A program made the position numbers and the translations under genes. A stretch of 64,000 nt of DNA from a virus, in IMG/VR virus record IMGVR_UViG_3300028393_000060, positions 4,108-68,107 of that record; one strand, 5' to 3'. Shown one piece after another: positions 51,301-58,228 of the stretch; position 1 is the stretch's first letter, and each line of letters starts with the position of its first letter. Below the pieces are notes generated by a model, which saw only the letters and a list, made by a program, of their open reading frames with translations, was not told where the DNA came from and searched no databases.

Positions 51301-51425
51301 TTAACAATATTGTTTGGTGTTGCTTTAGTTGTAACTGTACCGCCGTCTGACACTAAAGGCAATACGTCATTATCCGGTGCAACAGTTGTTACCGGAGGCA
51401 ATTGTGTTATTTTTATATCTGCCAT
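42399..51425 (-). CDS. giant Gly-X-Ser repeat (collagen-like) fibre, 3008 aa
   Basis: uninterrupted 9-kb ORF; GYS/GFS/GIS/GDS/GQD triplets; N-terminal MADIKITQLP, C-terminal GGTF. Confidence 0.88.
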   Translation of the reverse strand: MADIKITQLPPVTTVAPDNDVLPLVSDGGTVTTKATPNNIVNAVLTAGTQITITGLAYPTSDGTSGYVMTTDGAGNLSLQPPTGGGSGTSGVSGYSGFSGYSGQDGASGDSGYSGQDGASGFSGFSGYSGQDGQASASGYSGYSGESGYSGQDGLSGDSGYSGQDGQSGFSGYSGQDGVSGDSGYSGQDGVSGDSGFSGFSGYSGAPGAASASGYSGYSGQTGESGFSGYSGQDGLSGYSGQDGTSGYSGQNGVSGESGYSGQDGLSGQSGYSGQDGASGISGFSGQDGVSGISGFSGQDGASGISGFSGQDGQSGYSGQNGLSGESGYSGQDGLSGFSGYSGIDGVSGLSGYSGQDGLSGESGYSGQNGASGISGYSGQNGASGISGFSGQNGASGISGFSGQDGASGISGFSGQDGQSGFSGQNGLSGESGYSGQDGLSGFSGFSGQDGLSGYSGQDGLSGQSGYSGQDGASGISGFSGQNGLSGESGYSGQDGLSGFSGFSGDSGISGYSGDSGISGFSGDSGISGFSGYSGDSGISGFSGDSGISGYSGFSGISGAQGTSVNIIGTVATPGDLPPTGNLNDAYIVQSNGDLYVWTGAAWTNVGPIVGPTGDSGYSGFSGFSGDSGISGYSGFSGDSGISGYSGDSGISGFSGISGYSGSGVSGHSGISGFSGYSGQNGLSGESGYSGQDGASGISGFSGQNGESGFSGYSGQDGLSGFSGQDGASGLSGYSGQDGLSGESGYSGQDGQSGYSGQDGASGISGFSGQDGASGISGYSGQDGASGISGFSGQDGASGISGYSGQDGLSGESGYSGQDGLSGFSGYSGIDGASGESGYSGQNGESGFSGYSGQDGQSGYSGQDGASGISGYSGQDGASGISGFSGQNGASGISGFSGQNGESGFSGYSGQDGLSGESGYSGQDGASGYSGQDGLSGYSGQNGLSGFSGYSGQPGSGGGSGTSGFSGYSGFSGDSGISGYSGDSGISGFSGDSGISGYSGDSGISGFSGDSGISGYSGDSGYSGNSGYSGDSGISGYSGDSGISGYSGDSGISGFSGESGFSGYSGEVGTSGFSGYSGYSGSGISGYSGFSGYSGSGLSGFSGYSGIGTSGFSGYSGYSGSGDSGYSGYSGDSGISGDSGISGFSGFSGDSGISGYSGDSGISGFSGDSGYSGESGYSGYSGSGLSGFSGYSGEIGTSGFSGYSGYSGSGISGYSGFSGDSGISGDSGISGYSGESGFSGASGISGYSGDSGISGFSGDSGISGYSGFSGDSGFSGDSGISGYSGFSGISGFSGDSGLSGFSGYSGYSGSGDSGYSGFSGYSGSGVSGFSGYSGSGISGFSGYSGYSGSGISGYSGFSGDSGISGFSGFSGESGFSGISGFSGDSGISGFSGDSGISGYSGDSGISGFSGDSGISGYSGDSGISGFSGDSGLSGFSGYSGYSGSGISGYSGESGYSGSGISGFSGYSGSGISGFSGYSGYSGSGISGYSGFSGTSGFSGHSGISGFSGFSGDSGISGYSGDSGISGFSGDSGISGYSGFSGISGFSGHSGISGYSGFSGDSGFSGDSGISGFSGYSGYSGSGVSGYSGFSGYSGSGISGFSGYSGSGISGFSGYSGYSGSGISGYSGFSGESGASGISGFSGFSGDSGISGYSGDSGISGFSGDSGISGYSGFSGISGFSGHSGISGYSGFSGISGFSGDSGISGFSGYSGYSGSGISGYSGESGYSGSGISGFSGYSGSGISGFSGYSGYSGSGISGYSGFSGTSGFSGISGFSGFSGASGISGFSGISGYSGDSGISGYSGDSGISGWSGDSGFSGYSGIDGLSGFSGYSGASGASGISGFSGYSGYSGSGISGYSGESGYSGSGVSGFSGYSGSGISGFSGYSGYSGSGISGYSGDSGFSGISGYSGIDGASGYSGIDGASGYSGYSGYSGAQGTSINLKGTVATVGDLPLIGNQVNDAYIVTADGDLYVWNGTNWFNAGQIVGPDGQSGFSGYSGESGASGFSGESGYSGFSGESGYSGFSGESGFSGYSGSGLSGFSGYSGIGTSGFSGYSGYSGSGISGYSGESGYSGSGISGFSGYSGASGFSGISGFSGYSGTSGASDKYATTSTDGDFALGDISGAIIVGTGLSWTVGQTAVIAHDAFNYANVTVTAYNPTTGLFSFNVNNYAGSGVYPWDINLQGATGTSGYSGISGFSGDSGISGYSGFSGTSGFSGKSGYSGISGFSGASGISGFSGTSGFSGYSGSGLSGFSGYSGSGVSGFSGYSGYSGSGISGYSGESGYSGSGISGFSGYSGEVGTSGYSGDSGFSGFSGDSGISGYSGFSGESGFSGASGISGYSGRSGFSGASGISGYSGFSGFSGDSGISGFSGESGFSGYSGSGISGFSGYSGSGVSGFSGYSGYSGSGISGYSGQSGYSGSGISGFSGYSGQSGISGYSGFSGDSGFSGDSGISGYSGFSGDSGFSGISGFSGYSGRSGFSGASGISGYSGFSGDSGFSGDSGISGFSGDSGFSGYSGSGISGFSGYSGSGISGFSGYSGYSGSGISGYSGISGYSGSGLSGFSGYSGMSGISGYSGFSGDSGFSGFSGDSGISGYSGDSGFSGISGFSGRSGFSGASGISGFSGISGYSGFSGASGISGQDGDSGFSGYSGYSGSGVSGFSGYSGSGISGFSGTSGYSGSGVSGYSGFSGYSGSGLSGFSGYSGSGISGYSGFSGASGISGYSGVSGYSGFSGISGFSGASGISGYSGFSGISGASGISGYSGFSGISGYSGFSGISGYSGASGISGFSGYSGSGISGFSGYSGSGISGFSGYSGYSGSGISGYSGFSGISGYSGFGISGFSGASGISGYSGTSGYSGTNGTNGTSGFSGFSGISGYSGTSGYSGSGLSGFSGYSGSGISGFSGYSGYSGSGISGYSGFSGYSGSGLSGFSGYSGSGVSGFSGASGISGYSGVAPTTVSVSNTTAATTYPTLVTGLTGSQSVYTNSGLVFNATNGAITSGIKGGTF
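42560..51160. repeat. degenerate 9-bp tandem coding repeat
   Basis: recurring ACCAGAGAA / ACCGCTGTA / ACCAGAGAT units. Confidence 0.95.
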
Positions 51426-51426
51426 A

Positions 51427-51627
51427 TTAATTTGTCACCAATAAGTCGTTATTTTGGGTGGCGATAATGTCGCCAAATTGTGTAATGATGTATAAGCCTG
51501 TTTCATACGGGGGCGCATAACTAGTAAAAATTGTGCCACCACCAATACCGTAAAGTGCAATTACTTGAATAGCTTGTCCGCTACTCGTATTTACTCGATC
51601 AACTACTCCTGCAGATCCAATAGCCAT
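51427..51627 (-). CDS. small fibre-linker protein
   Basis: C-terminal YIITQFGDIIATQNNDLLVTN. Confidence 0.65.
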   Translation of the reverse strand: MAIGSAGVVDRVNTSSGQAIQVIALYGIGGGTIFTSYAPPYETGLYIITQFGDIIATQNNDLLVTN

Positions 51628-51629
51628 GG

Positions 51630-52703
51630 TTAGAAACCACCACCAAAAATACCAGATATTGCGGTAATAGTTGTTCCTGTAATTGCTGCAGGTGTTGTGT
51701 TGCCAATTACTGGTGGGCTTGATAAATCAAGTGTACCACCTAATGTTAAATTACCAGTTGAAGTTACAGTGCCAGACAAAGTTATTCCATTAACTGTTCC
51801 TGCGCCACTAACTGATGTTACTGAACCAATACCGCTGTATCCTGAATATCCGCTTGTTCCGCTTCCGCTGTAACCAGATATACCAGAATCACCACTGTAA
51901 CCACTTGTACCAGAAAAGCCACTATAGCCAGATATACCAGAGTCACCACTGTAACCGCTTACGCCGCTTCCACTATAACCAGAGATACCACTATCGCCAC
52001 TGTAACCAGAAATACCAGAAAAGCCACTGTAGCCAGATTCACCTGAGAAGCCACTATAGCCACTAAAGCTTGAGTAGCCACTGTATCCAGAAAAACCGCT
52101 ATAACCAGATGTGCCAGAGTAGCCGCTTACGCCACTTCCGCTGTAACCAGAGATACCAGATCCACTATAGCCCGATATACCAGAAAAACCGCTGTAACCA
52201 GAAGTGCCAGAAAAGCCACTGTAGCCACTAAAGCTTGAGTAACCACTGTAACCAGAAAAACCACTGCGACCAGAATAACCTGAGTAGCCAGAAAAACCTG
52301 AAATACCACTTCCGCTGTAACCAGAGATACCGCTTCCGCTGTATCCTGAATATCCCGAAGCGCCATCACTGCCAACATATCCAGAAGCACCTGAATAACC
52401 AGAGTAACCAGAGATGGTGTACTGAATCCAAGGTGAAGATGGTAACTGTCCTGTTGCAACAGCAATCAATTGATTAGTTATATTGTAAACAATACGACCT
52501 TCAGCTTTACCAACTGTGTTTAACGCAGAAGTTGGATCTGCAATGTCGCTTGATGTTACATTTTGCAACACAGCCAAGTTTGCTAAGTTAGCAATGTCTT
52601 GTATCTGAGTTTGTTTTGTGATACCACGTTGGACGACAACAGCCAGCTCATTACCTGTTAGAGCTGTTGCTACTGGTAGTTGCGATATACTTTGATCGGC
52701 CAT
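51630..52703 (-). CDS. short Gly-X-Ser repeat fibre
   Basis: MADQSISQLP start, ~190 aa of GYS/GFS repeats, C-terminal GGGF. Confidence 0.8.
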   Translation of the reverse strand: MADQSISQLPVATALTGNELAVVVQRGITKQTQIQDIANLANLAVLQNVTSSDIADPTSALNTVGKAEGRIVYNITNQLIAVATGQLPSSPWIQYTISGYSGYSGASGYVGSDGASGYSGYSGSGISGYSGSGISGFSGYSGYSGRSGFSGYSGYSSFSGYSGFSGTSGYSGFSGISGYSGSGISGYSGSGVSGYSGTSGYSGFSGYSGYSSFSGYSGFSGESGYSGFSGISGYSGDSGISGYSGSGVSGYSGDSGISGYSGFSGTSGYSGDSGISGYSGSGTSGYSGYSGIGSVTSVSGAGTVNGITLSGTVTSTGNLTLGGTLDLSSPPVIGNTTPAAITGTTITAISGIFGGGF

Positions 52704-52706
52704 GGT

Positions 52707-53105
52707 TTACGTAATAATATCGCCAGGTTCGCCAGCGGTTGTAGCTTTTTCTTTTGTTTGAGTAATAAATACTGAGTTGCGACCAGGGTTGTTTGGTTGA
52801 CGTACAAGCTGCCCGGGAGGGCTGTCAATCGGACCAGTTGGTGCGTCGCCAGTAACAATCTGCTGACCACCAATTGGGCCTGTAGCAACACTGACGTCTG
52901 GGCGCGGGAAGCGCAACGCAATATTTTCTGTTTGTATGGCGGGTAAACGCCATGGGTCAAAATTATCTTTATCTTCTGCACATACTCGCATCCCTGGAAA
53001 GTTGGGATCGGGCATTAAATCTACATAAGCAAACTTGCGCGAACATCTGTCACATATTGCTACGGACAGTACGCTGTTACCTCGAGTATCAAGGTAGACA
53101 GGCAT
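52707..53105 (-). CDS. small Cys-motif virion-associated protein
   Basis: AICDRC..GMRVC..DP..ALRFPRPD. Confidence 0.7.
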   Translation of the reverse strand: MPVYLDTRGNSVLSVAICDRCSRKFAYVDLMPDPNFPGMRVCAEDKDNFDPWRLPAIQTENIALRFPRPDVSVATGPIGGQQIVTGDAPTGPIDSPPGQLVRQPNNPGRNSVFITQTKEKATTAGEPGDIIT

Positions 53106-53107
53106 GA

Positions 53108-53431
53108 TTAACCTTTAACGCCAGATTGCAGTAATGTTAATGTTGCTGTACCAGTTCCGGCAGTAACATTTAATCGAATGGTAGCAACAGCAAATGCAAA
53201 GTTGCCAGATTGATTAGAGTTTTTTGAAGTTAAATCAGGATGGTTGTACCAAGTTGCGTTGCTGGGGGTGTAGTCTTGAGTAAACGGATTATCAAACGAA
53301 TACTGTACAGAATATGTTACCGAGCCAGACACAACAATTCCAAGACCCACGTTAAATGGGTTTTGGTATTGGTCCATTGGAACTGGAGCGGTTGCCCCAA
53401 CTCCAGTTTGTGATACGGTTATTGCTCTCAT
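53108..53431 (-). CDS. small beta-sandwich structural protein
   Basis: TYSVQYSFD..W..IRLNVTAGTG. Confidence 0.7.
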   Translation of the reverse strand: MRAITVSQTGVGATAPVPMDQYQNPFNVGLGIVVSGSVTYSVQYSFDNPFTQDYTPSNATWYNHPDLTSKNSNQSGNFAFAVATIRLNVTAGTGTATLTLLQSGVKG

Positions 53432-53476
53432 GTTGCTCTCCGAAAGGTCAAACGGCGGGACTTGCCCGCCATTAAA

Positions 53477-53908
53477 TTAGTTATTGGTATAACCAGAACC
53501 GTATGGAGTAATTGTACCGTCAGCGTTACGTGCAGTGTAAACAACAGAGAACACACCAGCAGAATCATCAGAACCAGCAGCAGCGCGCAATGTTGATGTT
53601 GCAGTGCCAGTGTTAGCTGATAATGTTACGTTAGTTAATACGTTGATGGTTGGGGCGTTAGTTGCTACTGTACCAACAGATACACCATCCAAAGTCACAG
53701 CACGTGATGTGCCAGTGTTGGTTGGGTAAAATTGTACGTAGCTGATGCAAGAACCTGCAGGTAAGTATACAACTGCATCGGTTGCAGTAGTAACAGTAAC
53801 TTGTTGGCTTAGTACGGCTGCGCCAGTATTATCTGGGCTTGTTGTACCATCGTTGCTAGTTGTTTGGCGTGTGTTAACACGTAAAGGGGCTGTAAATGTG
53901 CTTGACAT
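53477..53908 (-). CDS. structural (head decoration-like) protein
   Basis: start reassigned to ATG 53908 (MSSTFTAPLRV); LPAGS.I motif. Confidence 0.7.
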   Translation of the reverse strand: MSSTFTAPLRVNTRQTTSNDGTTSPDNTGAAVLSQQVTVTTATDAVVYLPAGSCISYVQFYPTNTGTSRAVTLDGVSVGTVATNAPTINVLTNVTLSANTGTATSTLRAAAGSDDSAGVFSVVYTARNADGTITPYGSGYTNN

Positions 53909-53999
53909 TGTTGTATTCCATTTCTCAGTGGGTATCCCAAACTGTCCCTGAGTTGTGATGCCGGGAAGGGTCGGCAATCAGGATGGGATTAATCTTCCT
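53909..53999 (-). ncRNA. candidate structured 5' leader RNA
   Basis: AUCCCA/UGGGAU and UGCCG/CGGCA stems; loop CUUCC complementary to 5' GGAAG. Confidence 0.45.
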
Positions 54000-54004
54000 A
54001 TACC

Positions 54005-54035
54005 TACTAATGCAAACTTTTCAAAAAATCCGCCC
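54005..54035 (-). promoter_or_regulatory. phage bipartite promoter
   Basis: GGGCGG-N13-TTTGCATTAGTA-GGTAT-AG. Confidence 0.82.
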
Positions 54036-54043
54036 TAAAAAAG

Positions 54044-54074
54044 CAAAAAAGCCACCTTGTGGGTGGCTTTTTTG
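54044..54074. terminator. intrinsic terminator after the major capsid gene
   Basis: CAAAAAAGCCACC-TTGTG-GGTGGCTTTTTTG. Confidence 0.85.
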
Positions 54075-54088
54075 TATTGCGAGGGTTT

Positions 54089-55006
54089 TTAAACGCCTTG
54101 AGTACCGTAAACGTTACGTGCGTCGTGCCAACCAGTAGCATAACGCTCGGTTGCTTTGTAACGCATAGAATCAGTCTCGAAGTCACCTTCCATGGATTTC
54201 TCCATTGGACGACGCATAACGAGCATGAGACCGTTTTCAGCATCAGTCTGAACCCACCAAGCTTTGCTAGAGGTCAAACGTGTTACCACGTGTGTACCTT
54301 TAGGCAACATGCCTGTTGATTTGATTGGGTTCAAATCGTTGTCGGCTGTACCAGAACGGAGAACAGACTTCAGAATAACTTCTGCCTGGAACTCAAGTGC
54401 TGGAGGAACAATTAATTGTTCTGCCTTTAAACGAATACGCTTACCGTTGTTGTCAATTGCGCCACGGATTTGAATCAAAATCTGTTCAACAGACGTTTGG
54501 CTCAAAGCAGCAGGAGTTGTCAACTTATTGCTATAGGTTTGACCGTTAGCAATTGGGTGAGCTGTATTGATCAAAGTTACGCCGTCACCGCCTACGTAGC
54601 CTGCTGTGAACGCAAAGTTCAAGAGGTTAGCGCAAAGGGTTTCTTTGGTTTCAATCATTGACTGAGCAAGATGCTTAGCAAATGTTGAGCCGATACGGAT
54701 GTGATCGCCGTCTTCCATCAAAACTTTGGTCAAAGCGTAAGCCAAGCCATAGATTTGGTAGATGAAACGGGTGATGTACAATGTACCGCCTTGGTCGTAG
54801 CTAACTGGAGTGCCGTCAGGCATTGAGGGAGCTGCGTTCATACCAAACAGCATTACTTCTTCATGGTAGTTACGTGGGATACCTTGGATCTGCTCTACAA
54901 AGCCTTTCCATTCGTCTGCACGTTGCTCATATACACCATCAAAGACTTCGTTGATAATCGGTTCGACTACCGCACGAAAGTCTGTACTACGCATTGGGGT
55001 TGCCAT
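54089..55006 (-). CDS. major capsid protein (Mu gpT-like HK97 fold)
   Basis: GGDGVTL..AHP, LIVPPALEF.AE.ILKS, GDFETDSMRYKATERY..GW; position and terminator. Confidence 0.88.
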   Translation of the reverse strand: MATPMRSTDFRAVVEPIINEVFDGVYEQRADEWKGFVEQIQGIPRNYHEEVMLFGMNAAPSMPDGTPVSYDQGGTLYITRFIYQIYGLAYALTKVLMEDGDHIRIGSTFAKHLAQSMIETKETLCANLLNFAFTAGYVGGDGVTLINTAHPIANGQTYSNKLTTPAALSQTSVEQILIQIRGAIDNNGKRIRLKAEQLIVPPALEFQAEVILKSVLRSGTADNDLNPIKSTGMLPKGTHVVTRLTSSKAWWVQTDAENGLMLVMRRPMEKSMEGDFETDSMRYKATERYATGWHDARNVYGTQGV

Positions 55007-55033
55007 AGCTTATTACCTTTCTTTCGTTGTTAA

Positions 55034-55696
55034 TTAAACCGATACCTTAGGAGCAACAAAACTGTTGTTCGCAATGGTAACCTGAACAATCGTGTAAGTA
55101 TCGCCCCAAGCGTTTAACTCGCCTGCTGGCCATGCTACTTCACGTCCTAAACCTACTACACGAACTTGTCCTTGCGCACCAGAAGCAACAGGACTTGCTG
55201 CTAAAGCGGTTGTGGAGAAACCAGCGCCACCGATACCGATAGTGTAACCATCGGCTGTTGTGAAACCAGCTGCTGCGGAGAAGTTGTACTGTGAACCTAC
55301 TGCTGAAGCAGGAACAGAGCCGTTAGCTTGAGCTTCGTATACGAGAACTGGGTCTTGGAAGATCCAGAAAACGATAGAAGAAGCAGCGTCAAGGCTTGCC
55401 TTAGAAATTGACTTACCTAATGTACGGTTACCTTCGGCGGCTGTGTATTCCACACCGTCAAATACGCCGTAAACAGGGCGGGTTGTATCAGTTGTTGCAA
55501 TTGTTAATTGGCCTGCAGCAGTGATCGATACGGGTTGATACTGGTAGAAAGTCTGACCAGTGCTCAAAGAGTAAGGAGCGCTATAATCCGGTGCGCCAAC
55601 GACAAAGCTGTTTGTTCCAACAAATGGAACAGAGCGGTCGAGGCCACTTGGATGATAGATCGGCTTCATGCCAAAGGGTTTAAATGTTGTGGACAT
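55034..55696 (-). CDS. capsid cement/decoration protein
   Basis: PFGMKP, GVFDGVEY, DP.LVYEAQ; directly upstream of the capsid gene. Confidence 0.7.
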   Translation of the reverse strand: MSTTFKPFGMKPIYHPSGLDRSVPFVGTNSFVVGAPDYSAPYSLSTGQTFYQYQPVSITAAGQLTIATTDTTRPVYGVFDGVEYTAAEGNRTLGKSISKASLDAASSIVFWIFQDPVLVYEAQANGSVPASAVGSQYNFSAAAGFTTADGYTIGIGGAGFSTTALAASPVASGAQGQVRVVGLGREVAWPAGELNAWGDTYTIVQVTIANNSFVAPKVSV

Positions 55697-55728
55697 TTAT
55701 GTTTTTCCTTTGTTATTTTTGAAGTATG

Positions 55729-56283
55729 TTATTCAAAACGAACATTACTATTCGCCTTTGCGGCTTCCTTTTCCATTTCCAAAACTCCACCTTCAAGAAT
55801 TGAGCGTCCGCCTTTACCTTCTTGTGCGGTTGAACGCACTTGATCGGTAATGTTACGTTGAAATGCAAGTGGATCTTCCAAATGCATCATACGCATCACT
55901 TCTTGATAGATTTCTTCTGGTAATTTAAAGAGAACCATTTCATTACAGCTAACACAGCCTTCAAACTTGCCGGAGCTCATTTTACCTAGTCCTTCAAAGC
56001 CCTTACCTAACTCCGAGGCTTTAACTGGTTCATAACCCAACGCTACACGTTTGTCGATACTGTCGTAATTATTTGTAGTGGATAGCCAACACAAATGCAT
56101 ACCCGGAATGGCACCTTCCGGAAGGTCAGGCAGTGCGCTATTTGCCCATTTATCTCTGAACGCTTCTGCACGTTCGCGCTTACTTTTGTTTGAAGGATCT
56201 TCTGCTGCAATCCTTTCTTTTGTTTCTTGTACTCGATCCGCTAAGCGGTCATCTAAGTCACGTTTAATTCTTGTATTTGCCAT
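55729..56283 (-). CDS. conserved head-module protein
   Basis: PGMHLCWL..GYEPV..MVLFKLPEE. Confidence 0.7.
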   Translation of the reverse strand: MANTRIKRDLDDRLADRVQETKERIAAEDPSNKSKRERAEAFRDKWANSALPDLPEGAIPGMHLCWLSTTNNYDSIDKRVALGYEPVKASELGKGFEGLGKMSSGKFEGCVSCNEMVLFKLPEEIYQEVMRMMHLEDPLAFQRNITDQVRSTAQEGKGGRSILEGGVLEMEKEAAKANSNVRFE

Positions 56284-56288
56284 GATAA

Positions 56289-57281
56289 TTAACCTTTATT
56301 TTGACGATCATACGCGGCGTATGCGCGGATCATTTTGTTTCGTTTTTCAATGTCATCCCAAGCACCAGCGTCTTTTATTGCGCTAACACGTTCACGACTT
56401 AGCGTGATCATGCCAGGTTTTGCTGATGTTGTGTTTGCTACTCGGCTTGAGGCTGTTGGGCCTGCATTACGAGCTTTCTTTTCTCCACCTTTACTTGTAT
56501 ATCGGTGTGGCAAACGTGATGACAAACGACTATCTAACTCTTCCCAGTATTCAGGATCAGAAGGATCCCAACCATCTGCGGCAAGTTCTTGGTCAATTAC
56601 TTTGGCAATTCTACTATCTGTATCTCGAGCTTGTGGATCATACCAAGAGTTCTGTTTAAGCCATTTTGTGGCATTTTGTTGAACTTCTAGGTTTAATTCA
56701 TCAGGTACATTTTGTTTAGGCGTTTTAGCCTGCTCAACCTGTTGTTTTTTGTAATGCTGAGCTTGTTGCAAACGTTGTTTAGCGTCTGTCAATTGCTCTA
56801 AATATTCAATTTGTCCAGCAGCATCATTTGATTGAGCTGCTTGCAACATCTTCATTTTTGCATATTCAACTCGAGTGGCTTCGTCTTCGATAGCTTTGTC
56901 AAGTTGGGCAAATTGGTAAGATGCCGCTGTATTTTCAAGTTTAGCCAAACGTTCTGCCATTTCGGCGTTTCGTCGTTCTAGTGCTTGAATTTTGTTTTTA
57001 GCAGAAATTTCGCGTTGTCTTTTTAAATCCTTTTTAAGCCTACGTTCTTCACGACGGGCTTCACGGATTGCTTCACGTTCTTCTGCTGTTTCGCCTTCTT
57101 CTGCAGCTTCATCGTCTTCAATTTCTTCTTGACTACGATTATCTTCCTGTTTTTCTTCTTCAGGAGGCGCTTCTACTTGTACTTCTTGTTCATCCCCAAA
57201 ATCTTCTGGAGCTTCTAGCTTGGCTAAAACCGAGCCATCTTCTTGTTCCTTAATCGGAACGTCTTTTTCGTTATCTGCCAT
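56289..57281 (-). CDS. capsid scaffolding protein
   Basis: acidic N-terminus, long coiled coil, W...NSWY, YWEELD; position. Confidence 0.75.
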   Translation of the reverse strand: MADNEKDVPIKEQEDGSVLAKLEAPEDFGDEQEVQVEAPPEEEKQEDNRSQEEIEDDEAAEEGETAEEREAIREARREERRLKKDLKRQREISAKNKIQALERRNAEMAERLAKLENTAASYQFAQLDKAIEDEATRVEYAKMKMLQAAQSNDAAGQIEYLEQLTDAKQRLQQAQHYKKQQVEQAKTPKQNVPDELNLEVQQNATKWLKQNSWYDPQARDTDSRIAKVIDQELAADGWDPSDPEYWEELDSRLSSRLPHRYTSKGGEKKARNAGPTASSRVANTTSAKPGMITLSRERVSAIKDAGAWDDIEKRNKMIRAYAAYDRQNKG

Positions 57282-57296
57282 AATTTTCTTTCAAAA

Positions 57297-57740
57297 TTAA
57301 TCTACAAAGGCTTTCATTTTTTGCGCATCTTCAAAAGTCTTGACGCGGCAAATGATTTCACGTGCCTGTAATGTAATGAAAATAATTGGAGCACCTTCAT
57401 CGCCAGCGTCAAGAACAAAACGATCTCCGCCGTACTTAATGGTTCTCACAATATCGCCAACTTTACACCAAGGGCCTTCTGGCCATGGCTCCAAAGTATC
57501 TGGAGACTTATACGCTAAAGGTCCAATTTGGACTACTTTTGCAACTGTCTCATTAAACTTTAGTGTTTGCTGGGTTTCATCTGGTAAATACAGGCCACTA
57601 TTTGTCATAGTTTTAACGCGTCTTAATTGCACAAGTACGCGGTCACCTGCAACTTCAACCCCTGGATCTATCACAGGAAAAACTTCTGCTTCCGTGCGTG
57701 GATCTGGTGGGTCATTCTTTTTTATATCATATGCTGCCAT
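57297..57740 (-). CDS. groES: GroES-like co-chaperonin
   Basis: GDRVLV..TNSGLYLP..VVQIGPLAY..WCKVGDIV..KYGG. Confidence 0.85.
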   Translation of the reverse strand: MAAYDIKKNDPPDPRTEAEVFPVIDPGVEVAGDRVLVQLRRVKTMTNSGLYLPDETQQTLKFNETVAKVVQIGPLAYKSPDTLEPWPEGPWCKVGDIVRTIKYGGDRFVLDAGDEGAPIIFITLQAREIICRVKTFEDAQKMKAFVD

Positions 57741-57760
57741 ACGGCTGCGCTCCTTAACCT

Positions 57761-57952
57761 CTACAGGTCTTCTTCATCTTCCGTCAAAATTTCGTTGACA
57801 ATGTCCAAGGTTGTTTCCAACCCTTCAATTTTGCCGATTAAATATTTATAATCTTCAAATGTGTGAACATTTGTCCCAGCGGTGACGGCTTCCGCTAGTT
57901 TTGCTTTTTCATCTTTCGTGCGAGAGATAATTTCTGAAATAAAGTCCTTCAT
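57761..57952 (-). CDS. small head-module protein
   Basis: EDYKYLIGKIEGL; probably leaderless. Confidence 0.7.
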   Translation of the reverse strand: MKDFISEIISRTKDEKAKLAEAVTAGTNVHTFEDYKYLIGKIEGLETTLDIVNEILTEDEEDL

Positions 57953-57957
57953 AAACT

Positions 57958-57988
57958 TACTAATGCAAATTTATCAGAAAATCCGCCC
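57958..57988 (-). promoter_or_regulatory. phage bipartite promoter
   Basis: GGGCGG-N13-TTTGCATTAGTA-AGTTT-ATG. Confidence 0.82.
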
Positions 57989-57994
57989 CAAATA

Positions 57995-58228
57995 TTAATA
58001 AAAATTGCCGCTTGACAAATCTTTAAGGTTTTTATCTGGACCAATTTTGTCAGAATTTGCCATTTTGGCTTGGCTTGCACCAATTTTCCAGTTGTTGTTG
58101 CGACTAGAGCCTGATGGGCCTTTGTCAAGTGTGGTTTCGCCAGGGCCGCCAGCGTAACCAGGGGTGCCTGTCATTTTATAGGCTTTTTTGTAGCCTACTT
58201 CGCCGCCGGGTTGTTTTGTGTTTGCCAT
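57995..58228 (-). CDS. small Gly/Lys-rich protein
   Basis: ORF directly after the portal with AAGGA SD. Confidence 0.6.
   Translation of the reverse strand: MANTKQPGGEVGYKKAYKMTGTPGYAGGPGETTLDKGPSGSSRNNNWKIGASQAKMANSDKIGPDKNLKDLSSGNFY

Noticed and set aside
42509-52477. Many alternative-frame ORFs (VSQVSLVTAV... and RCNQRYQ...)
   Set aside because: Shadows of the 9-bp coding repeat; no SD or independent features
53909-53977. TTG-start N-terminal extension of the 53477 gene
   Set aside because: The ATG at 53908 gives a typical N-terminus, and the extension lies in the structured leader
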